From contig JACPFP010000003.1 of the NCBI GenBank assembly GCA_016182915.1, forward strand, positions 8,806 to 72,805: a DNA stretch of 64,000 nt, read 5' to 3'. The stretch comes from Candidatus Dojkabacteria bacterium (GTDB lineage Bacteria; Patescibacteriota; Dojkabacteria; SC72). Of the stretch, positions 20,606-27,707 are shown piece after piece (position 1 is the stretch's first letter; each line of letters starts with the position of its first letter). The notes under the pieces were generated by a model. The model searched no databases. It was given only the letters and a program-made list of their open reading frames with translations, and was not told the origin of the DNA. The position numbers were made by a program, and so were the translations under genes.

Positions 20606-21238
20606 TTAATAGATTAAAGGTACAAAAAGAAAATCCCCAATGGGTTCTTCAATGAGATTTCCCTTTACTTTAGTTACTCTTACTAACTTCTGAGTTACTC
20701 CCGTTGTTTTAGGATATATGATCCTTCCACCTTCTGCTAACTGTTGTGCCCACTGTTCAGGCATAACCATTATGGAAGCAGAGCAGATAATACAATCGTA
20801 TGGGGCATTCTTTGGGTATCCTTCTACTCCATTAACACTCGACACCTTTACATTTCTATATTTGAGCTCTTTTAGAGCTGTTTCGGCCCCAAGGGCAAGT
20901 AGGGGGAATATTTCTACTGATGTTACTTTCTTTGCAAGCATACCTAATATTGCCGTCTCATACCCAGACCCTGTCCCTATCTCCAAAACATTATCTTCTT
21001 CATTAATCTCTGCGCTTTGGCATATAAATGCAACAGTATATGGTTGAGAGATTGTTTGACCAAATCCAATAGGGATTGGCTCATCGTCGTATGCCTTCTC
21101 TTTGAAATTTACAGGCAGGAACTTTTCACGAGGCACAATCTTCATTGCATATAGGACACGTTTGTCTGTTATCCCTCGTGCTTTCAATTGCTCTCTAATC
21201 ATTTTTAATCTTTTCCCTTTCAATGATAGCTTTTTCAT
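20606..21238 (-). CDS. pcm: Protein-L-isoaspartate O-methyltransferase
   Basis: VPREKF, GQTISQPY, VLEIGTGSGY, APYD, FVPL. Confidence 0.95.
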   Translation of the reverse strand: MKKLSLKGKRLKMIREQLKARGITDKRVLYAMKIVPREKFLPVNFKEKAYDDEPIPIGFGQTISQPYTVAFICQSAEINEEDNVLEIGTGSGYETAILGMLAKKVTSVEIFPLLALGAETALKELKYRNVKVSSVNGVEGYPKNAPYDCIICSASIMVMPEQWAQQLAEGGRIIYPKTTGVTQKLVRVTKVKGNLIEEPIGDFLFVPLIY

Positions 21239-21328
21239 ATTGATTTTGGTTAAATATCTATACCAAATGTTTACAATGAGGTATTATAAAATGTCAGGAG
21301 TGAGTAAAGCTCCTCACTTCTGGCATTC

Positions 21329-21880
21329 CTATGCCGTCATTGGAGTCAGTTTCCTTTTCGATATCTCATTTTTTATTCTATTTAGGTGATGCTGAATTAT
21401 TAATACAGAAGGAATAACTACGAGAAGAGTTACCCCGGTTGGTGTCTTTATAAACTGAATCGGATATCCCAGAAGTGGGATCCTATACCTATACTTCCCT
21501 ATAATATTTGCCTTCCCAACCTTATCTACATCTGTAACAGAGTTAAAATCGCCCTTTGTTGTAAACAGTGTATTGCTATCTTCGGACTTAACTATTCTGT
21601 GCGTCACAACTTTCTCGGACTCTCCCTCTGCTGTTTGGAAAGCAATCACATCACCCACAGTATATTTCTCTTCTTTTGAAACTATTATTAGATCCCCAGG
21701 TTGAATGACAGGTTTCATCGAACCTGTTAAAACCGCAAAAAGTCTGTATGGTATATGTAGTGAACTCCCAGATACAACTAAAGTGGTGAGGAGGAAGATG
21801 AAAAGTATAAAAAGGAGTGATAGGAGGAGTCGTAAGGGATTCTTTCTTTTCTTTTCTTCTATTACGGTTAGTTCACTCAT
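21329..21880 (-). CDS. sipW: Signal peptidase I, SipW/S26B type
   Basis: VLTGSMKP, VTHRIV, TKGD.N. Confidence 0.9.
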   Translation of the reverse strand: MSELTVIEEKKRKNPLRLLLSLLFILFIFLLTTLVVSGSSLHIPYRLFAVLTGSMKPVIQPGDLIIVSKEEKYTVGDVIAFQTAEGESEKVVTHRIVKSEDSNTLFTTKGDFNSVTDVDKVGKANIIGKYRYRIPLLGYPIQFIKTPTGVTLLVVIPSVLIIQHHLNRIKNEISKRKLTPMTA

Positions 21881-21909
21881 GCTTTAGAATCTAAAGTTAA
21901 ATGACCTCC

Positions 21910-21939
21910 GGCTGCAGCCAGGAGATTCTGACTGCAGCC
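21910..21939 (-). other. GC-rich intercistronic hairpin between the TasA-like gene and sipW
   Basis: GGCUGCAGUCAG-AAUCUC-CUGGCUGCAGCC, a 12-bp stem with one G.U and no U-tract. Confidence 0.7.
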
Positions 21940-21948
21940 TCCACACGG

Positions 21949-22545
21949 TTAGTCGTTGTCCTGAACAGCATCAACGATCTCTGAGAAGACTACGCTCTCT
22001 CCCATGATCTCGTTGCCTGAATCAGCAGCAACCCCTAACTGTTGACAGATTCTAACTGTCGTACCTGCAGCAACATTGTCTGCTGGAGTTCCTGAGTTGT
22101 CCTCCTCAGTGGCACCGCTCCAAAAATCAAGGGAACTGACTAAAGTTGTTGGGACAAAGTTCTTTAGTTTTCCCTCGTAAATTAAGTTTTCACCAACATC
22201 TGCCGTGTTGCATGTATCGTCTTCACCTGCAGTTGTTAGTTTCATTGTAAGCTCGTTATACAGTGGACTGCTTCCATCTGTCTTTTCAAAGCTCATATAG
22301 GCCTCAAATGATGCGGGACCTACGTTTGAAATATCAATAGACTCCCAATCATCTAGAAAGCCTGGATAGGCATCTGGGATGTTGTATGGCTTCCCCTCAG
22401 ATGTATCTAAAGTGAGGTTAAATTCCCCCGTAGCCACGGTGTTCCCTGCTATAGTTTCTCTTTCATTAAATACTGCAAATGTTGCACCCACCGTTAAAGC
22501 TCCTACAACGGCGATTGTTAATATACTTGAGAGTATCTTATTCAT
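21949..22545 (-). CDS. TasA/CalY-family protein with SipW-class signal peptide
   Basis: GATFA|VFNERETIAGNTVATG, PG..I.N.G motif, C-terminal A.Q; directly upstream of sipW. Confidence 0.85.
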   Translation of the reverse strand: MNKILSSILTIAVVGALTVGATFAVFNERETIAGNTVATGEFNLTLDTSEGKPYNIPDAYPGFLDDWESIDISNVGPASFEAYMSFEKTDGSSPLYNELTMKLTTAGEDDTCNTADVGENLIYEGKLKNFVPTTLVSSLDFWSGATEEDNSGTPADNVAAGTTVRICQQLGVAADSGNEIMGESVVFSEIVDAVQDND

Positions 22546-22754
22546 GATACTGTCAGATTAATTTAGATAGAAACAAATTTATTTGTTATACCTCCTTTCT
22601 TTTAAATTTAAATAAAGTGCATAAAATACACTTTTAAACGTCGTACAATTTATGGAAGTCTGGCAAGAAGTAGTGAATATTACCTCTTATCTATTGGTGG
22701 GCTGGTTTTAGATTTAGTTTTACGAAATTTCAATAACCATCCGCATTATAATAA

Positions 22755-22782
22755 ATTCTACCGCTATGAAATCTCATGTCAA
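22755..22782 (-). promoter_or_regulatory. Sigma70 promoter upstream of the TasA-like gene
   Basis: TTGACA-N16-TAGAAT, about 200 nt upstream of the start. Confidence 0.55.
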
Positions 22783-22853
22783 GAAAAATGTAGGCTTATA
22801 GTGCACTGCGTCGTAGGGTTACAGGTGAAAGATCTCTTTGTATAGAGATTATT

Positions 22854-23630
22854 CTAGAGCACGGTTTCATTCAATACTTTCTCGAAATTACCGTAAAAGG
22901 CATAGTTTCTTAATAACGCGACTAAATAATCTCCCTTTCCCTCATCAAGTTTATCTCTTGAAAATCTAAGAGTTTGTTTCTGTGATGCCCCTACTCTATG
23001 TGGTGTCTTGTCCTTCACGTAACCCCGGGTTATATCTTTAAAGTGCAACTCTGGGAATGTGGTGTCAATCTCTTCAATCGCCTTATGAACATCAATCCCC
23101 TCTATTATAATATCTCCTTTATACTCACCTTCTAAGATAAGAGAAAGATGTGTAGAGTTAGAATCAAGTCCTTCATCTAGATTTACAAACAGGCTTTGAG
23201 CTACATTATTAGGATAATCGTCTATGTAAGTAAATATTTCAACATTACAGTTCGAAAACTTTGCTCTACCTGGTATCTCATGTTTTACGGTGAGGTAGGC
23301 ACTAGGTGCGAATGATACATAGGGATAATAATGATTTATACTATAGCAACTCTTCATATGTCCTACTGTCTTATCAATTGAAAGCCGGTAGGCCTGAGCT
23401 CCAGGGATAAGGTTAATTGGGATTACACCGTTTAGACCAGGTAAATGTTTAAGCTCATCATCAGAAAAGTATGGTCTGGCACTCATTTCAGTATAAATCC
23501 GTGTTACTTCCCGTTGTATTCCTGTAAGAGTTTCTTTATCAGGAAAACCATCTCCTTTTGGTGCACTAAATTCCCATTTACTATCTTGTCCCTCTGGACC
23601 TTCAATTGTTATTTTGTGGTAAGGGTACAT
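22854..23630 (-). CDS. Hypothetical protein
   Basis: 258-aa ORF filling the gap; no motif recognised. Confidence 0.7.
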   Translation of the reverse strand: MYPYHKITIEGPEGQDSKWEFSAPKGDGFPDKETLTGIQREVTRIYTEMSARPYFSDDELKHLPGLNGVIPINLIPGAQAYRLSIDKTVGHMKSCYSINHYYPYVSFAPSAYLTVKHEIPGRAKFSNCNVEIFTYIDDYPNNVAQSLFVNLDEGLDSNSTHLSLILEGEYKGDIIIEGIDVHKAIEEIDTTFPELHFKDITRGYVKDKTPHRVGASQKQTLRFSRDKLDEGKGDYLVALLRNYAFYGNFEKVLNETVL

Positions 23631-23742
23631 TACTCTGTTCTCTTGGTACCAATATTAATTGTACTATTACATCTTTGAACAGGTATTTCCGTTGAAATTG
23701 CTTTTACAAAATTTGTCATGGCAGATTATATTATAGGTTTGT

Positions 23743-25941
23743 TTACATATCAAGGTTTCTAATATACTTCTCAATTCTCTTATCGTTCTCTTCAGTTAAT
23801 TTAGAAAGTTTCGAGAATTTCGCCTTACTCCGTGGGGAGCCTAAAACTTCTGCTGTGAGTTGAAGTGTATGGTAGTATAGTCCCGGTTTATTATTACAAA
23901 TTTGATTTATTGCGGATTCAATTGATTTTCCAATTGAATGCATGGTTACATCATAGCCGAGTCTGTGTAGCACAATATTTTTCGCAGTGAGGGGTAGTTT
24001 ATCAATATATTTGACTAACTTCTTGAGCGGTATCCTTTTTATTACACTATTAAACTCCTTTACTGACTCTTTGCTGCTTTGCATCTGTGGAGTCACTTGT
24101 TCCAGATACTTCTTAGCTTGTTCATATATCTGTTGAAGAGTTATGTTTTCCCCATGATTCATCTCGTCCGCAGCTCTTAAAAGTCTTGCCACAACAACTT
24201 CAGATATTTCGTTTTCGTAGCCAGTAAGCAGGTGAGATGTTCCCTTGAAACTTTCACCGTTTAATATTAATCTCATCTGTGCATCCGTTAATTCCCTATC
24301 TTTAATATTTATAGTGCGTTCATCAGATAACTCTCTTCTATCAAGGGAGTCTGTATGTAGATGCCAAGGGCTAGGTTGTGCCCACTTAAGAGTTTTCCAA
24401 AGTAGGAGAAAGAGTTCAGATGGGGAGTCTTCTAACTTCCTAATTCTTTTGGCTATCTCGATTAGACCTTCTTTACTACTTGCAGAAAGATACTTTTCAA
24501 GTGGATCAGGGTTATTGAAGTTCTTTAGTATTCTTGATGGGATTGGAACGTCCTCTGTAGTTGCAAAAAGCAGATCCCAATCTTTTACATTCTGTTCTAC
24601 AAAGGCTCCTCTTTTTCTCCGAATTGATTGGGCATATGCTTTTGACTTTTTATTATTATATTTCCTTGCTAATCTGCCAATTGCTTCGTGATGTTTTTTT
24701 AATCTTGAAAATGAGAAAGAAAACCAGAAGACATCTATTAAACTTACAAACGGTTCAGGTCCTGTGCTATTCCACGGATAGAATGATACTGCCGAAGTGT
24801 ATGCTCTTTCAACGTTTAGGAGGGTAATGAGAGTGCTTAGAAAACCTACCTTTGTCACTTTAGGTTTATTATCATAGGGGAAAGGTAGTTGTGTTTCATA
24901 TTCTGTCTCATCCAGAAGCCTAAGAAGCTCCTTGTTGCCTGATTTAAGGACGATGTCACGTAGGACTGTTTCTTCAGGAAATGGCAACTTATGTCCAAGA
25001 GATATCGGAGAAAAAGGAAAGTTAGCATCAACAATATAATCGGAAAATAATTTACGTAGTTCACTTATATCTGTCATCAATCTATCTCTTCCTACTCTTT
25101 TTGCAAATCTTCTTAATGTTTGAGATACATAATTAACTTCATCAAGATTCTCTAAATTCAATTCTTGCCTCATGACTTTATCTGCATCTTCCATCTTCCT
25201 TCTAAATGCAATTGCCTCTCTTGAGTACTTTTCACTTCTAAGATTATCTTTTGCTTCTCTTGGCTCTGGCTCTAGGGAATCAATGAATGAGTAATCTTCT
25301 GCTGGAGTCTGTTCTTTTGGTAGTTTGGCTCTGTTAAGAATTTTTCTACCAAATGTGTCAATAACTTGCATATGTTCTGGAAATCCGAGAATGTTTTCTA
25401 TCTGATATTCATACTTCTTGTACGTTTTCTCATTTACTTTAATTTCCTCCATGACTTCAATACTTATGGCTGAAACATTTGGATCATAATTTCCATAGGT
25501 AATAATCCAGATCTTTGTTGGATTATTTTCTGAAATAATTACTGATATTTGTTTTGCAGTTTCAATTCCATATAGTTTCTCCTGTAGTCTTTGACCAAAC
25601 ACTGTTGAGATATCTTGTGGTGTATTTATTTTTTCTGGGAATTTAAATCTAGGGCCTTTGTATTCTTCTCTCTCTAGCTCAAATTGAAATTCCCTTGAAT
25701 TGTTATAGATGTCGTTTACAAACCTTTCGAAAGTTTTTCGAGGTAGTGTTGCAAAGAGGGTTTCCCATGCTTCTTTATCAGTAACTATTTCTTTCACATT
25801 CCGGTCGTTGGTTATGGTTGAAATTACAGCTTCCTGAGGGAAGGTGGCAATAAGGACTTGACCTTTCTCTGAGAGGGACTCAATCTTTGCTGCTATTTCA
25901 GGGCTTATTGTATTGGTCTCATTATTCGCATAGGTACTCAT
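23743..25941 (-). CDS. Hypothetical protein, probable highly divergent sigma70 (RpoD-like) homolog
   Basis: 732-aa ORF with collinear resemblance to sigma regions 1.2, 2.1-2.4, 3 and 4.1 (by-eye alignment). Confidence 0.55.
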   Translation of the reverse strand: MSTYANNETNTISPEIAAKIESLSEKGQVLIATFPQEAVISTITNDRNVKEIVTDKEAWETLFATLPRKTFERFVNDIYNNSREFQFELEREEYKGPRFKFPEKINTPQDISTVFGQRLQEKLYGIETAKQISVIISENNPTKIWIITYGNYDPNVSAISIEVMEEIKVNEKTYKKYEYQIENILGFPEHMQVIDTFGRKILNRAKLPKEQTPAEDYSFIDSLEPEPREAKDNLRSEKYSREAIAFRRKMEDADKVMRQELNLENLDEVNYVSQTLRRFAKRVGRDRLMTDISELRKLFSDYIVDANFPFSPISLGHKLPFPEETVLRDIVLKSGNKELLRLLDETEYETQLPFPYDNKPKVTKVGFLSTLITLLNVERAYTSAVSFYPWNSTGPEPFVSLIDVFWFSFSFSRLKKHHEAIGRLARKYNNKKSKAYAQSIRRKRGAFVEQNVKDWDLLFATTEDVPIPSRILKNFNNPDPLEKYLSASSKEGLIEIAKRIRKLEDSPSELFLLLWKTLKWAQPSPWHLHTDSLDRRELSDERTINIKDRELTDAQMRLILNGESFKGTSHLLTGYENEISEVVVARLLRAADEMNHGENITLQQIYEQAKKYLEQVTPQMQSSKESVKEFNSVIKRIPLKKLVKYIDKLPLTAKNIVLHRLGYDVTMHSIGKSIESAINQICNNKPGLYYHTLQLTAEVLGSPRSKAKFSKLSKLTEENDKRIEKYIRNLDM

Positions 25942-26047
25942 AGCGAGATTATACAGGCTTTAGATCTTTAGAAAAAGGTTAAAGGGAGCAGACTAGAAAC
26001 ACTCCCTTACTGTATAATCTAAGTGATTAATTAATTGCTAATAATAA

Positions 26048-26410
26048 ATGGATTTAAGTAAGAAGTATTTATCAATAGATGAATATATTAAAGACTTTCC
26101 TCTGGAAACGCAGGAAAAGTTAGTAGAAATTCGTAAGATTGTACATGAGGTTGCACCAAATGCTATTGAGGCGATTAGTTATGGAATGCCAACTTTTAAA
26201 CTAGGTGGAAATCTTGTTCATTTCGCAGGATATAAAAAGCATATAGGCTTCTACCCTACTCCTTCCCCAATAGAGTCATTTAAGAAGGAACTTTCAGAGT
26301 ATAAAACAAGTAAGGGTGCAGTACAATTTCCATTAGATAAACCCTTACCTTTAGACCTTATAAGGAGAATGGTGATTTCAAGGGTTCGCCAACTGGAAGC
26401 TAAAATGTAG
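26048..26410 (+). CDS. DUF1801 (YdhG-like) protein
   Basis: EAISYGMPTF, HFAGYKKHIGFYP, SKGAVQFP. Confidence 0.92.
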   Translation: MDLSKKYLSIDEYIKDFPLETQEKLVEIRKIVHEVAPNAIEAISYGMPTFKLGGNLVHFAGYKKHIGFYPTPSPIESFKKELSEYKTSKGAVQFPLDKPLPLDLIRRMVISRVRQLEAKM

Positions 26411-26462
26411 TAGGTTATAGTTCTATAGAATTAAAGTTTCCTCTGACATATGCTAGTATTGA

Positions 26463-26969
26463 ATGATGAGAAGAAAACGTAGAGATTTGCGTTTTGCACT
26501 TGTCGTACTGACGCTGTTGTTGTCAGGTCTTTTCTGGTGGATATACAGTAGTAGTGATATGCAGCAACAGTCCTCCGACACCCTTACAGAGGGTGATAAA
26601 AATTCTGAGGATGATGTTGTAAATCCTGAAAATACTGACGATAGTGAAAATGAGGTCGGAACCTATACTACATACTCTCCTACAAAACTTAAAGCAAATG
26701 TAACAAACGTTCTCTTCTTTTACGCTGACTGGTGTCCTTCATGTAGGGGGTTTGATAGTGATTTGGTTTTAAATATAAATAGGATTCCTAAGGATTTGAA
26801 TATTCTTAGAGTTGACTACGATACTGAAACAAAACTTAAAAAGAAATACTCAGTTACACTCCAGCATACTTTAATCCTAGTTGATGAGAAGGGGGAACTT
26901 CTAGAAAAGTTTGATGGTCTATACTCTATCCTTACATTAGATGAAATAATTGAAGCCTTAAAGGAGTAA
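26463..26969 (+). CDS. Membrane-anchored thioredoxin-family protein
   Basis: N-terminal TM, FYADWCPSC, QHTLI; the true start may be ATG 26466. Confidence 0.9.
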   Translation: MMRRKRRDLRFALVVLTLLLSGLFWWIYSSSDMQQQSSDTLTEGDKNSEDDVVNPENTDDSENEVGTYTTYSPTKLKANVTNVLFFYADWCPSCRGFDSDLVLNINRIPKDLNILRVDYDTETKLKKKYSVTLQHTLILVDEKGELLEKFDGLYSILTLDEIIEALKE

Positions 26970-27700
26970 TGGGAATTAGTATACTATTGATGTCGGTTGC
27001 TTTTACCTCAGGTGTGCTTACGGTACTTTCCCCCTGTGTATTTACCTTTCTTCCGGTCATTTTAAAGGGTGTTGAAGGTGGTGTAAGCATAATTAAACCG
27101 CTTAGGATTATTACATCCCTTAGCCTATCTGTCTTTATATTTACTCTTCTGCTTAAAGCCTCAACCTTTCTTATTGATATACCAGTTATGGTTTGGGAGG
27201 TAGTTGCAGGGGGGATTTTAATAGTACAGGGCATTATTATAGTATTCCCAGCTTTTTGGGGAAAAGTATCGCACTTTTTAGGAATTGAGAACACCTCCTC
27301 TGTTTTAGCAGGTATTTCAGAGAAGAAGGATACTTCGGTTAGAGATATGTTTCTGGGTTTTGCTCTTGGACCTATCTTCACCTCCTGCAGTCCAACTTAT
27401 GCATATATAGTTGCTGTAATGCTTCCTGTTTCATTTTCAATTGGGATTATATATCTCACAATCTATATTCTTGGAATGTCATCACTGCTTCTATTCATCT
27501 CTTTCTTCGGAAATAGGTTGCTAAGAAAGTTTGTTAATCCAAACGGTGTATTTAAACAGGTTGTTGGTTGGGTCGTTCTTATCATGGGTATACTGATTCT
27601 TTTTGGTATATACAAAGATGTAGAGGCGACTCTGCTTAACTTTGCACCATTTCTAAAACTAACTGTATTTGATGGAAATTTGTTAAAAGGGATTAGATAA
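26969..27700 (+). CDS. ccdA: CcdA/DsbD transmembrane electron-transfer protein
   Basis: LSPCV and TSCSP cysteines; six TMs. Confidence 0.88.
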   Translation: MGISILLMSVAFTSGVLTVLSPCVFTFLPVILKGVEGGVSIIKPLRIITSLSLSVFIFTLLLKASTFLIDIPVMVWEVVAGGILIVQGIIIVFPAFWGKVSHFLGIENTSSVLAGISEKKDTSVRDMFLGFALGPIFTSCSPTYAYIVAVMLPVSFSIGIIYLTIYILGMSSLLLFISFFGNRLLRKFVNPNGVFKQVVGWVVLIMGILILFGIYKDVEATLLNFAPFLKLTVFDGNLLKGIR

Positions 27701-27707
27701 TCTCCCT

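Noticed and set aside
22650-22750. c-di-GMP-I riboswitch upstream of the TasA-like gene
   Set aside because: The GYAAA/GCAAA core, GNRA loop and receptor could not be placed; kept only as an unknown structured leader
25946-26020. Inverted repeat AGATTATACAG / CTGTATAATCT as mobile-element ends
   Set aside because: Explained by two divergent TATAAT promoters
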